A DNA stretch of 63,164 nt, the filler included, from Licmophora abbreviata (Eukaryota): NCBI GenBank assembly GCA_900291995.1. It is 8 parts of 8 records of this genome, joined end to end, with 100 filler letters (N's around TTAATTAATTAA, not from the genome) between each part and the next. Parts side by side here need not be neighbours in the genome. Positions count along the whole stretch, not along the records: positions 20,479 to 29,926 come from OLMU01001476.1; positions 30,027 to 33,723 come from OLMU01001477.1; 6 more parts are not named here. The stretch is one strand, 5' to 3'. Below, in pieces: positions 20,479 to 32,643 of the stretch. The notes beneath the pieces were generated by a model. It ran no database searches, had not been told where the DNA came from, and saw only the letters and a program-made list of their open reading frames with translations. Each line of letters starts with the position of its first letter. Position 1 is the first letter of the stretch. A program made the position numbers and the translations under genes.

Positions 20479-22124
20479 AGAAAGGGCAGCATTGCCATTT
20501 ACTTGGAACCCTGGCACGCGGACATTTTTCCTTTTTGGACTTGCGCAAGAACCACGGCAACGAATCCGATCGCGCGCGTGATTTGTTTTACGCCCTATGG
20601 ATCCCCGACTTGTTCATGGAACGCGTTCGCGACAATGGAACCTGGAGTCTCATGTGTCCCAACGAGTGCCCCGGCTTGGCGGACTGCCACGGAGAGGAAT
20701 TCAAGCGTCTCTATGAACAGTACGAGCAAGACGGCAAGGCGCGCAAGACTATCAAGGCGCAGCAACTGTGGTTTGCCGTTCTTGACTCGCAGGTGGAAAC
20801 CGGTACGCCCTACATGTTGTTCAAGGATCATTGCAACAACAAGTCGAACCAGCAGAACTTGGGAACCATCAAGTGCTCCAACTTGTGTACGGAAATTGTC
20901 GAGTATACGGCTCCAGATGAGACCGCTGTTTGCAACTTGGCCAGCATTAGTCTGTCCAAGCTGGTGACTCCTGCTACGGATTATGATGGTAACAGTGGAA
21001 GTTTCGACTTTGAGAAGCTTCGTCAGGTGGCCATGGTTGTGACTAAGAACTTGAACCGCATCATTGACCGCAACTTCTATCCAATCGAGGAAGCTCGCAG
21101 GTCCAACATGCGTCACCGTCCGATTGGCATTGGTGTACAGGGACTGGCTGACGCCTTCCAGTTGCTCAAGATCCCATTCGACTCGGAGGCGGCCAAGCAG
21201 CTCAACAAGGACATTTTCGAAACAATGTACTTTGGAGCGTGCACGGCCAGTATGGAACTGGCTGCGGTCGAGGGTCCGTACGAAACATACGAAGGCTGTC
21301 CCGCCAGTGAGGGGCGGCTCCAGTTTGATCTCTGGGGCGTCACTCCCAGCGATCGCTGGGATTGGGCTGACTTGAAGGCCAAGATTGCTGAGCACGGCAT
21401 GCGCAACTCTCTGCTGGTGGCTCCTATGCCCACCGCATCGACGGCGCAGATTCTAGGCAACAACGAAAGCACGGAACCATTCACTTCCAACATGTAAGTC
21501 TTGATGACAATCAGTTGCTGGAGACTAGCTCGCCATAGAGACAAACTCACGCGTCATTTCGCTGTTCCCAGGTACAACCGCCGCGTTTTGGCTGGCGAGT
21601 TCACTTGCGTCAACAAACACTTGTTGCGCGAGCTTACCGCCATGGGCTTCTGGACTGAATCGGTCCGCAATCGTATCATTGCCGACGGTGGTTCCGTTCA
21701 GAATGTTCCGGAGATCCCCAAAAAGATCCGCGATGTCTACAAGACTGTGTGGGAGATCCCTCAGCGTGTCATTCTCGACATGGCTGCGGAGCGCTCGCCC
21801 TACATCTGCCAGAGCCAGAGCTTAAATGTTCACATTGCCGAACCCAGCACGTCCAAGTTGACGTCCATGCACTTTTACGCGTGGAAGAAGGGTCTCAAGA
21901 CTGGCATGTACTACCTTCGTACACGACCGAAGGCTGACGCGATCCAGTTTACTGTCAACCAGGAGCAGTTGGTCGCCGATCGCATGGCAGCCGCTCAGAT
22001 CGCCGACAAGGAGAATGCATCGTCGGCCGAGAACGCGTCGCCTCCCGAACCTGTGGTTGGCAAGGGCACTGCTGGATTAGAAGTGAAGGATGAGGAGGAT
22101 GAGTGCCTCAACTGTGGAGCATAA
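20479..22124 (+). CDS. RNR1: Ribonucleoside-diphosphate reductase large subunit (5'-truncated)
   Basis: [44 protein letters not shown] and C-terminal CLNC; intron 21494-21571; 1-nt frame slip in T-runs at 20525-20536. Confidence 0.96.
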
Positions 22125-22193
22125 AAAACTCTTGTTCGACCGTAGGGGATGAGTTATGAATGTGATTGAAAAAATGACTATAGTGAAGCGAGT

Positions 22194-23872
22194 CTATTGA
22201 CTACCTGGCATAGGAAAGCTTTTAGAAAATGCTTCGACATCCTCTCGGAGCTGTCCGATATCCCTCTTGATATCGTTGTTGCTCTGCAGTATAGCGTTGA
22301 AGTCCTTGAGGAGAATCTTTTTCTTCTTTAGCGCCGCCTCGTCTCCTGCTTCCTGCTTTGCCTTGAGCTCCAACTCGGCAACATTCTGCACGTGCACAGC
22401 AAGCTGGCACCCCCTATGCAAGAATTCCGCTATTCGGTCAAAGTCGTTCTCGTCCAAACCACGTGTCGTTAGCGCTGGAGTTCCAAGTCGAACGCCACCT
22501 GGATTGATGGCTGAAGTGTCGCCCGGAATGCTGTTCTTGTTCGTTGTGATACTGGCCTGCTCGAGAACCTTTTCCAGCTTGGCACCAGTTAGTCCCCATG
22601 GACGCACGTCCCAAAGTATCAAATGATTATCCGTTCCACCGGTGGCCAAAACATGTTCCCGATCGGTGAGTCCCCGGGCGAGCGCTTTGGCGTTCGAGAT
22701 GACAGATTCCACATACGATCGAAACTCAGGAGTATCGGCTTCTTTCAGGGCCACTGCCAGCGCTCCTATTTGATGATTGTGTGGTCCACCCTGCAAGGAA
22801 GGGAAGACAGCGGCATTGATGTCGTCCATATATTGTGTTCTACCAAAGATCATTCCAGACCGTGGTCCACGCAAAGTCTTGTGCGTTGTGCTTGTGACAA
22901 CATCTGCGTACTCGAATGGACTACGCGCGCACTCCCCAGCGACTAGTCCCGATATATGGGCCATGTCCACCATGAGCAAAGCACCCACGGAGTCAGCAAT
23001 CGATCGCATGCGAGCGTAGTCCCATTCCCGTGGATAAGCCGATCCACCCGCGATGAGTAACTTGGGCAGGAACATCTTGGCGCGACGTTCCATGTCGTCG
23101 TAGTCGATCAAACCAGTCTCGGAAGACACCACGTAGGGCATACTCTCGAAATAAACGCTCGTAGCCGATACTTTCTTTCTGGCCGTCTGGAAGCCATGCG
23201 TCAAGTGACCCCCGCTCGGTAAATCGAGTCCCATGATGCGATCGTGAGGCTTCAACAGCGCCGTATAGGCAGCAAAGTTGGCTGGTGATCCCGAGTACGG
23301 TTGAACATTGACGCCCCATTCGGCTATGTCCAAGCTGTAAAGATTAAGGGCCCGTTTCATACAGAGAGCTTCAATCTGGTCTATAAATTCGTTTCCACCA
23401 TAGTACCGCTTACCGACTGTTTGGGCGTCAGATTGAAAAAGGGAGGTTGTGAGACGTATAGAACAGAAAGTGGAGGACTCTAAGCAGAGTGAGAGCGATC
23501 ACAAGATAGTATCGACTCACCTCCTCCCTCGCTGTATTTGTTGGTCAAGCAGCTCCCTAGTGCCTGTCGCACAGCTCGACTGGCAAAGTTTTCCGATGCA
23601 ATCAACTCTAGTCCATTCCGTTGTCGGTTCTCTTCGGACTGAATCATGGCGGAAATTTCAGGGTCAAATTCATGAAGGGAATCCTGCGCCGTTCCCGTCG
23701 CCTGACGCTCTGTCGCTACCATGTCGAATGATCGGTCCTTGAAAGAAGGGGGGCCGGATAAAAATGACGGTAGTCCGAAAGCCTGAGTCATTGTTGGCCG
23801 GTGCGACAGCAGCAGCAAGCATCCGACAAGGCCGAGACTACATCCGCATATTCTTCCATCAATCTTACTCAT
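22194..23872 (-). CDS. SHMT: Serine hydroxymethyltransferase, probably plastid-targeted
   Basis: [25 protein letters not shown] across intron 23520-23417; [17 protein letters not shown] and LQGGPHN; signal peptide ending TQA-FGLP. Confidence 0.95.
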
Positions 23873-24365
23873 TGCTCTTTTTCAGTGCTGATTTCACGAT
23901 GTCCTCAGAAGTTATAAGCGCCTCTTTGCCTATAGCGGTGGGCTGTACCTCTCGCCCTGTTCTCTGTTCAGTATTACCTGATACTGGTACTTAGTACTCG
24001 CCATGGATGATGGCGCGAAATGTCAGTTTTTCTGTCGTCGTTCTCTTTGATCTTTCTGTGTCATCACCGCGCGATGGCGTACTACAAGGGCCTAGTCCGA
24101 CTCCACGTGGAGTCTTCCTCGTGTTCTGTGCCTGGTACGTACGACCGCCGAGATGTGATCTCTCGCCGAGTGAGATCCAGGGGTACCCCTGGTGAGATCT
24201 CGAGATCTCTCGCCTCTCGCCTTTCATCACAACTTCAAACTGTGTAGACAGGAGACAGAGCCGAGGGTTCCCTTCGTTGTCATAGAGGTACCTGGTACTG
24301 TATCGAAAGACTTCCGTCGCTCAAGCACTCAAAAGTTTCGAGCCGTCTTCTGCTCCTTCTTCAGC

Positions 24366-24914
24366 ATGGTGTGTATTCGGATGGCAACGGTGAATGATTT
24401 GCTTCTCATGCAATACACGAACCTTTGGTGCTTGCCGGAGAACTACCAGATGAAATACTATTTCTATCACTTGCTCAGCTGGCCTCAGTTGCTCTGGGTG
24501 GCCGAAGACTGGAGTGGGGCAATCGTTGGCTACTGTCTTGCAAAAATGGAGGAGCAAGATGAAAGCAATCCTGAAAAGCCGAAGCATGGCCACATCACCT
24601 CTCTCTCTGTCCTTCGGACCCACCGGAAGCGTGGGATTGCTACACAGCTCATGAGACGATCTCAGATGGAGATGCACGAAGTATTCGATGCAGCCTATGT
24701 CAGCTTGCATGTACGCAAGAGCAACCGGGCGGCTTTTCACCTTTACAACCACACTCTCAAGTACGAGATCAGTGAGGTTGAGAAGGGGTACTATGCCGAT
24801 GGGGAGGACGCCTACGACATGCGCTTAACCTTCAACAAGACCATTGGCGACGGAGCAGAGCACGCCGAGGGTGACGCGGTCGAAGCAATGAAGAGCTTGC
24901 ATGTGAATGACTAG
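24366..24914 (+). CDS. NAA10: N-terminal acetyltransferase A catalytic subunit
   Basis: [40 protein letters not shown] and [11 protein letters not shown] motifs. Confidence 0.96.
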   Translation: MVCIRMATVNDLLLMQYTNLWCLPENYQMKYYFYHLLSWPQLLWVAEDWSGAIVGYCLAKMEEQDESNPEKPKHGHITSLSVLRTHRKRGIATQLMRRSQMEMHEVFDAAYVSLHVRKSNRAAFHLYNHTLKYEISEVEKGYYADGEDAYDMRLTFNKTIGDGAEHAEGDAVEAMKSLHVND

Positions 24915-25081
24915 CCGGATTCCTTGAAACGCTTTCCACTTGATTCAATGAATAGGTCAAACGGTGCCTTTTTAGAGCTCTAGCTAGCAAATGCTTTATA
25001 CTGTATGTTTTATCGAAGTTTATAAACTTCTTGTGGCCGAGAAAAGGGAAGCAACGGACATGGGAAGACCTCTCGTCGTCG

Positions 25082-28000
25082 TCACTGTTGTGCGCTGGAT
25101 ACACGACGTGGTTTCTTGCGCTGGACTCGTCTCCCACCTTTTGTTTTTATGTTTTGTTTGAAACGTGTGGGGTGGCTCCTCTTTGTCGACTCACCTTCGT
25201 CACTATCGTCAGACAAAGTGCCCCTTCCGTAACGTGATCGGATCGAGGAGATCACTGAACGCCCAGATGTAATCAAATGATCATTTCCCTCCCGTCGGGC
25301 ATAATTCAAGATCAGACTACACAGCCTGGCTCGATCGCCAGCTGACTTGGCAGAACGATCAAAATCGATACGACATCCCTCCAAGACAGCCGAAAGCATC
25401 GCAGCATGGGCTTCGGCATAGTTCATATCAGTACCAGCCAAGCGAGGGTGGTACTCGAACAAGTCACTGAAAATCGCTGCTGCTGGCTCAGAAGACTCCT
25501 CGATACTGCGCGTTGAGGTCTTCTTTCCTCTGGGATGCTGATAGATCAGTCGCTTGTACTCTTCCGATCGTCTGATCATCAGCTCCACGTCAGGTAGGCA
25601 CTTCATAAAGAAAGATGGCTCGTCGAGAGAGGATCGAGCAGCGTCAATCTTGTTTAGGTACGTCAGGACCTCCAGGTGGCAAGTGGTTGCGTTCGTTACC
25701 ATGTGACGGAGCTGCAGATCTCTGGCGGCATATTCTTCGTCAAAGTCGTCGTGCGGCGATACGGCGATTTCCTCTCGATGAGATTCTCGGAGCGACTGGA
25801 TTGTAGCGTGCATTCGCCTCATAGTAGCTATCATTGTGGTAACAGATTTGGTGAGGGTGTCTGCCTCCTTCTCGAAGGCTCTAATAGTTTGACAGTAGAG
25901 AGCGAGTTCCCCCCATGAACCAGCGGCTTGTGCAAAGGCGGTGGCGTCCATGAAGAATTCAGACTCTGTTTCCTCTTCGGAGGCCATTTTGGCGAGTATC
26001 TCCTCCAGAATGTCGGTACACGACTGTGCACAGGTCTCTAGAGTTGCAACCATGTTAGTGTCTTTGTCATCGGCTCGCTGCTCCTCGATGAGTCTGCGCT
26101 GATAACCCGACCAGGCAATCATCAAAGCCAGGTACATTCTCCCATCAGGAGTCGCTTCGGGCGAAGTTCCGCTGAGCTCCTCGAGTCGATCGATACGATA
26201 TCTCACTTTTCCAGGAGCACGAGCATCTCCTGAATATGCCCATGAGGCGAGTATCGGGTGGAATGTCTGCAGTCTTACTTCCGCACCAGAATCGATTGCT
26301 CTCATAGCCCAGATCTCTGCATTCTTGACTGCTTCTTTCGTTCCAACCCTAACCCATGCTTGGATGATTGATTCGTACGTCTGAGCGTCTGGTGATACGT
26401 CACTTTCTCCTTGCATGTGAAGAAGCCACTCCTCAGCTTGTCGAGCTTCCGTCAAGAGGGTGTCCTCCGCACTGCAGCGAAACCCCTTCGCAAAGATGAC
26501 TTCATAGGCGTCCCAGGGAAGCCTGCGTGCAAACGGTCGTGAAGTGATTCCATCTACACCACTGCTCCAACGCAAGGGGGCGTTGTACACTATTGAGTCC
26601 GTTAGCATGGTTTGGTCCACATTGCTTACAGACAACGAGCGCATACGTTCGATCCACTCGAGAGCGCGGTCCTTGCAGAATGTAGACTTCTCGTCCCCAG
26701 GATTCGCCATCGAGGACAGGAGAATCAGAAAGGTTTCTCGTGAAGGCACCACCTTCAATCCGTCTCGAATTGACTCCTTTTCCAGATAAGACATGACCTC
26801 TTCACACTTCTTGTATCCAAGATCTCCACCAACATGTTGCCAAAGCATCATGGTCGCGTTGTATGTGTCAATATTGGGCAGCGGAAGCGTCCCAAGGGAA
26901 GGCTGGGATTTATCCCACAAGCTCGTTTCTTCCATGGAGCGTAAGACTTTTTCGGCCCCCCGCGCGGCTACTATCGGGTCTGAACGCGCAAGGCACCGAA
27001 GGTAGGCGTTGTACGTTTCGACATTCGGTCGTTCGTTGCACGTCCACATGAAGCGGAGAACATTGTTCGCCATATCTTCTAGATTCTGGTTCACCTTGTG
27101 GTCCTCAGAAGAGAGGTCATTTGCATTCGCCAGCGCCTTCAACATTGCGTTCCCCGCAGCGAGGGTTACAGTGACAGACGCAATGTCATGATGGAACTCT
27201 GAGTGGCGTCCTCCCGATCCTCGTTCCCCGGAAAGAAATTGCATCTGATGGTACCATGCGGACGCATCCATAACCGCGCTCTGCTTCTGTCGCGTCAGCG
27301 ACCGTTTCATTGGTGCGTGACCACTTCCTCTTGCAGACAGTCTGGCTTCAACACCCGGTTTTGAGAATGATTCTGCCCATGCTTCTAGGACCCGCTCGAG
27401 CGTTGACTTATCCTGGAATCCACAGCTCAATGAGCTTGCAGGCGCAATACTCTGTATAGTATACTCATGTTCCTCCTCATCTTCTGGAACAACGTAATGC
27501 TGAATCGAAGCCGGAGTAATCTTCAGAGGCGCCGGAGTATTCATAAGTTCCTGTTGTTCGCCAGTGCCCACTTTCGTTCCATCAGATGCTACATCCACTG
27601 GTGCCACCTCTCTAGCTCCTTCAACCCTTGTGTATCCAGCAACGTCTAAAGAGTCCGGAGCTTCCTGACAGAGCCTTGGCTCTGTTGTCCCATTTTCCTC
27701 GAAGCTAATTGCATCCAGAGCGCGTGCGGCCGCTGCGTGGAGAGCAGATTTCTCGCTTTTGTAGTAGCACCTCCCATCCATCAGGCGACGCTCCCCCCAT
27801 TGCTCCTCCATCGGATCAATTAAAGTCCCTGACTCATACAGCTTTTTGGTGACAGGGCATGTAAAGGTCGCAGTGTTCCACCCCTCCTCATCGGGATGGT
27901 CAGTAAGCCGGTAGACGTCATTGTCAAACCGAGGTATTCCGTGACGATGTAGGTAGAAGCTATGAAGGTGCCACTTCGGACTCTGCTTCCCCAACAAGAG

Positions 28001-28723
28001 CCTGTCGGTTGATGCAATCGATGGATCTTCCTCACAAAGCCTAGGCTCGGACAATCCTTTCTCTTGGAATTGTATTGAGTCCATTGCTCGTGCAGCGGCC
28101 GCATGCACAGCAGAAGTTAAATTGCGATAGTGCACCTTTGAATTCAAGACCTTCGATTCTCCCCAGCGTTCCAACGTCCTAAACGTTCCAGACTCGTACA
28201 CCTGCTGCGTCACAGGACAGGTAAACGTGGCCGTCAGCCAAGATGTTCGGCTATCATCTTTCATCCCGGAAAACTGATATGTCTGTTCGTCGAATTCGAA
28301 CTCTGGGTGGTGGTCGACATACCACCGATGAATCTCATATTTGGGAAGCTGCTTTCCAAATATGCTCCTTCGCGTCGTCTGATTTTCAGACTTTCCTGAT
28401 ACGCTGCCTCTCTTCCCCCCGGCATTCCTCTTCTTCCGTTTCCTCATTGGTGACTGTCCGACAGACCGGTGCGCCGTAGCGCTGAAGCCGTGCTCTCTCG
28501 TACCGGTACCTCTTGGTAGCAGTGACACATCGTCGAGGGCGGAATGATTCTGGGAATTTTCTACAAGGGAGGGAAGGAGCCGCTCGCTTCCGGAATCATG
28601 GCTCCACCTCACGACAGTGGCAGGCGGTCGATGATGTCTCGAAACAGCAGTGTTCTTCAACATGGACGCTCTTCCGACGGAGTCTTGTATTCGACATCGT
28701 CCGGCAATCCGCCGAGCAAACAT
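25082..28723 (-). CDS. Organelle-targeted protein with two dsRBD-like repeats and PPR-like helical repeats
   Basis: 1213-aa intronless ORF; Arg-rich presequence; duplicated ~110-aa unit (PK..H..Y...ATFTCPVT...YESG...HAAAARA.D); PPR-like PNVETYNAYL, PNIDTYNATM and PDAQTYESIIQAW. Confidence 0.8.
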   Translation of the reverse strand: MFARRIAGRCRIQDSVGRASMLKNTAVSRHHRPPATVVRWSHDSGSERLLPSLVENSQNHSALDDVSLLPRGTGTREHGFSATAHRSVGQSPMRKRKKRNAGGKRGSVSGKSENQTTRRSIFGKQLPKYEIHRWYVDHHPEFEFDEQTYQFSGMKDDSRTSWLTATFTCPVTQQVYESGTFRTLERWGESKVLNSKVHYRNLTSAVHAAAARAMDSIQFQEKGLSEPRLCEEDPSIASTDRLLLGKQSPKWHLHSFYLHRHGIPRFDNDVYRLTDHPDEEGWNTATFTCPVTKKLYESGTLIDPMEEQWGERRLMDGRCYYKSEKSALHAAAARALDAISFEENGTTEPRLCQEAPDSLDVAGYTRVEGAREVAPVDVASDGTKVGTGEQQELMNTPAPLKITPASIQHYVVPEDEEEHEYTIQSIAPASSLSCGFQDKSTLERVLEAWAESFSKPGVEARLSARGSGHAPMKRSLTRQKQSAVMDASAWYHQMQFLSGERGSGGRHSEFHHDIASVTVTLAAGNAMLKALANANDLSSEDHKVNQNLEDMANNVLRFMWTCNERPNVETYNAYLRCLARSDPIVAARGAEKVLRSMEETSLWDKSQPSLGTLPLPNIDTYNATMMLWQHVGGDLGYKKCEEVMSYLEKESIRDGLKVVPSRETFLILLSSMANPGDEKSTFCKDRALEWIERMRSLSVSNVDQTMLTDSIVYNAPLRWSSGVDGITSRPFARRLPWDAYEVIFAKGFRCSAEDTLLTEARQAEEWLLHMQGESDVSPDAQTYESIIQAWVRVGTKEAVKNAEIWAMRAIDSGAEVRLQTFHPILASWAYSGDARAPGKVRYRIDRLEELSGTSPEATPDGRMYLALMIAWSGYQRRLIEEQRADDKDTNMVATLETCAQSCTDILEEILAKMASEEETESEFFMDATAFAQAAGSWGELALYCQTIRAFEKEADTLTKSVTTMIATMRRMHATIQSLRESHREEIAVSPHDDFDEEYAARDLQLRHMVTNATTCHLEVLTYLNKIDAARSSLDEPSFFMKCLPDVELMIRRSEEYKRLIYQHPRGKKTSTRSIEESSEPAAAIFSDLFEYHPRLAGTDMNYAEAHAAMLSAVLEGCRIDFDRSAKSAGDRARLCSLILNYARREGNDHLITSGRSVISSIRSRYGRGTLSDDSDEGESTKRSHPTRFKQNIKTKGGRRVQRKKPRRVSSAQQ

Positions 28724-29461
28724 AGAGCTTCTACTTTCTTTGGATGTCGGAGCTTAGATAGAATCACATCAGATTGGCAACATGGCCAGGCATTCACAAT
28801 ATCGCCCAAAACGAGTGAACGAGGTCGTGCAGAGTGCAGAAGACTGAGTTAAAATCCTCTGATAGATGGATCCGAGATGGAGATTGTTTCCACGGCTGGG
28901 AGACGCCAAATCTGTCCCACCATCCGGTAAAGGTACGTACCGGATGAGAGTTGAGACCGGAAGCACAAGGCTTTCGCCACCGGGCAGACTGGACCGGCGT
29001 CCGGCCGGTCTGATGACGTAATCATACCTAGTATCTTGTCAAACATAATATGTTATTATACAAGACATTTGAAATAATATAAGTTATTTCTACATACTTT
29101 AAATATGCCACGTCACGCATGACACTTACAAAGCAATGCGTGCGAGATTGGATTCCAGTTCGACTCCGATGCGTGCTCCGCATGATTTCAAATTCTTGCC
29201 TTCCGTGGCTCTTCACCGCGTTTTCACCCCACTCTCATCACAACAACACCGTCGTCGACCAATGTCCTTGCAACATTATACACAATGCCAAGAACTGTTG
29301 TCAACAATGCCGCAGCTACCATTTGGTTTGCTGCCATGGGGCCTTCTAATCAGTCTGCCTCTGATCAGTTTGCTCCACAGGCGAGAATTGTCCGGGACAT
29401 GCACAATGATGTTGCTGATGGCGAGGGGAACACAAAGAAGGCCATGGACCAGTAAGTAAGA

Positions 29462-29531
29462 CTGCTCCCTATTTAAGATTGTTTTGCACCTTATTGAAGG
29501 TTGTGGTTGCACCTTATTTAAGGTTGTGGTT
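29462..29531 (+). repeat. Short tandem repeat, 23-bp unit (2 near-perfect copies plus 1 degenerate)
   Basis: TTGCACCTTATT(G/T)AAGGTTGTGG at 29484 and 29507. Confidence 0.8.
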
Positions 29532-30026
29532 TCCTGAACCTTACTTAACTCATACGTCTCCTCCATTTGCTGTCTCTTAATTAATAGACACAAACATCAG
29601 TTCTCGTCCATGTGTGACTTCCTGTATGCCTACTTGGGTGACACAAGGTGCTTGGTGGACAAGCAGAAAGCCTTCATATATTTGTTCTATTGTGCCTTCC
29701 GTCCACAAAAGAAGCGGGGAAGGGCCAAAGGAGGACACAGACTAGACCCATCTTTGATCCTGAACTATTGAGAAAGTGATTCAGAGCAATCCTCTGAATA
29801 TGTCTGACAGCCCAAATGAGACTGAGCTGCTTGACAAGAGAGAAGCAGGAGCAGGTGACACAGCAAAACTGTGCCAGTGGGATGTCATCAATCAAGCTTA
29901 TGCTTCCCTGCAAAGAATCCTTGTCCNNNNNNNNNNNNNNNNNNNNNNNNNNNNNNNNNNNNNNNNNNNNTTAATTAATTAANNNNNNNNNNNNNNNNNN
30001 NNNNNNNNNNNNNNNNNNNNNNNNNN

Positions 30027-31619
30027 GGCAGCTGGAACCTTATGGTAGGGATCCAAACCTGTTGTTTGGCTTCAAAAACGTATCAAGTATCTGAAGCTTA
30101 TGGTTCGGTTCGGTCGCAGAGAAAAAGACAGCCTACAATTCATGGAAGCGCTGGAGTCCTCTGGCAAGGTGGTGGCTGGGACTGGTATCATCAACTGCAA
30201 TATCCAATCATGATTGCATTCCCATCAGAATTTAAGGAAATTGTAGCAGACATACTCACCATCCTGGTTGGGGTTGAACCAAAAGGAATGCGCAACACAA
30301 CCCACAGGAAGACAACATACTTCAAGGAGCGCCCTAGAGGAATTTTTGGTCACACACTGGGCTATTACGGTAGGATCAAAGATCACCAGATGGGGACCAT
30401 TCACTTGCACTTTATACTGTATGGGGGCCTGCATCCAAGGGTGTTGCAGTAGTATGCGGGACAGCAGAAGATCTGTGACACTATCCCAGAGGTCCTCAAT
30501 TCTATGTACAAGGTGGAGGTCCCATGAGACAAACACTTGCCATTCCTAATCAAACCGGTTTTGACGGAGCAGCATGTTGGGGGTCTCCAAAACCTCGGCC
30601 TTTGCAACTTATTGTGAAAGATGGGGTATTTACATCCCATCCCGGTATAGAGAATGTTGATTACCAAGTGGCTGGCTGACCATCAGAACAGCCTTTACAG
30701 TTCAATGTTTCTCCACTCTCACCCTCCAGGCCGCCACTGATAATTTGGGAGCTTCCACGGCCTCAGCTAGAGGGACTCCCTGTTTGTTCTGCCACCACGG
30801 CATTGGCCACGGCAGCTACTGTGAGGAAAGGAAATCTAAGCAAATTTCATTGCTGAAGGAATCCATGGAACTTGATGAGGCAAGTACCTATGGACAAATG
30901 GTTTCTGCATTCCTTCCACAAATTGACTTCCCAGAGGGTGGATGACCTGTACAAAACCCTGTCCGAGGGGCCTCAGTGGGCGACTGGGTATATGGTGGAA
31001 TGCAGTCCTGTGCTGTCGTATTGTTGGGTCCTACCCTCAATCCTCTCAATTTGCTCATGGAGGTATCAGATTACCAAATCCGCGCTGCAAGGGACCCATG
31101 GAAGTGACCTCTGAAAATTTCACATACTGCAGGCCGTCTGCGGAGATAGAGTCGGCCATGTGGATGGTCCACAAGCTGAGTGGAAACAAGGACCAACTGC
31201 AAGCCACAGAGTCAGTTTCTGTGAAGGAGTACCAAGACGACCACCATGAACCTGAGGACGTATACCAATCCTTGAACAGGGACGACATGCTGGCGGAGAT
31301 TGTCGGTTAGATGCTCAGGTCTACAGTGACCCTACTAGTACGAATCGGAGGGCATACCTCGAGAGACAGGACATGTTGAAGTCATTGGCTCCGCCTCTGT
31401 GTACGTTGTCCACAAAGACGATTTGAAAAGGAAAGTAAGCATCCCATATGCAGAGAACTATCCATATCGTGGGAGCGAGCTGCCCGTCGAGAGTACGATA
31501 CGCGGCATTGTATCCTCCTACTACCTTTCCTTTTTTACTACTTACTCATACTTCGTACATCACTTTTACCAAGCCACACGCGTTGTCATCCCTTGGGCCC
31601 CCAGGGCCCTTTGCACTAA
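30027..31619 (+). mobile_element. Degenerate Helitron-like element (Rep/HUH fragment with candidate 3' terminus)
   Basis: GIFGHTLGYYGRIKDHQMGTIHLHFILY matches the Helitron Rep HUH motif; multiple stops and frameshifts; GGGCCC-CCA-GGGCCC hairpin at 31595-31609 followed by CTAA|T at 31616-31620. Confidence 0.6.
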
Positions 31620-32643
31620 TTCCGTCGAATGACCTTTTTCATCAACAAGCCTGCAGAGCTTTAAACTTTCAAGAGCTGTACCTGCGCATGTGATGGAAGG
31701 CAGAGCCACCAACCGTGTATGAAAAAGAACCCCTCCAAAATGGAGCAAGAAGAGCTTTTCGAGATGCTAGGCCTGGTCACATCTATTGCACAGAACGAAG
31801 ATTCACGGAGAACAACCTAGCCTGACATGTTGCTTTCGCTGTCGTGCTCTCAGCACAAGCTCGTCAGCAGCAGAATAAAGATGTTCCCCAATCAATCCCC
31901 ACCATGCAATCTTAATGAACATTTCTCACAGTCTCTAAACATTCCTCGAAGCTTGCCAATATTACAACAAACACTTTAACAAGCTACCAGCGCAGCATCT
32001 GTATCGTAGGTCCGTATTAATAATAAAATACGAGATTCAAACTGTTATTCCTACGAGATGGCGACCATAAGAGGGAAGTACGGTCCACCCGTCATAATTC
32101 TGTAACTGGTACTGATTTTCACTTACATCTTGGATGGCCGAGGACCATGATCAGTCTCGCTTCGGTCCGACCACGAGAGGCACACCAGCGAAGAAAGGCT
32201 GTACCGTGCAAGACTGGTGAGGAACCAACCATTTTCTCATCTCAGGTCAGGTCATACAAATTCATTTTGTCTAGTGACGGAAAAAATAAGATGCAAGTCC
32301 TAGTATAAGCAATGAAACTGATTACTCCACCTTCCTACCCTGTTGCTTCCTACATATTAGAGGGTGAAACTTTATGATAACTCTCTGTCCCTTGCCCACG
32401 TGGTGGTGTACTCAGAAATATTCGGGTATCGGCGGGTCCAGAATTATTCAGACTTTTGATGAACCTGCTGGTTTATTCATACTTGGTTGACACTCACAGT
32501 CAATGATCCAGAAAACCCAGCCTGAGAAAGAGCAAGAAGATGGTGAAGACACCGATGTTGATTCTGAAGCTGGAGGAGCCATGCTACGATGCAGAGGATA
32601 CTCTTATCTCTGACATGCTCCTGATTCCTCTTTCTGTTGGTGT

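Noticed and set aside
20521..20540. Frameshift in RNR1 (DIF/LDLRKN)
   Set aside because: One T is missing in adjacent T5 runs about 50 nt from a contig end in an essential gene; a typical homopolymer sequencing error rather than recoding.
28992..29032. GACCGGC/GCCGGTC hairpin followed by CTAG|T, resembling a Helitron 3' end
   Set aside because: Lies upstream of the Helitron-like fragments in a gene promoter, with 17-nt spacing and no associated element body.
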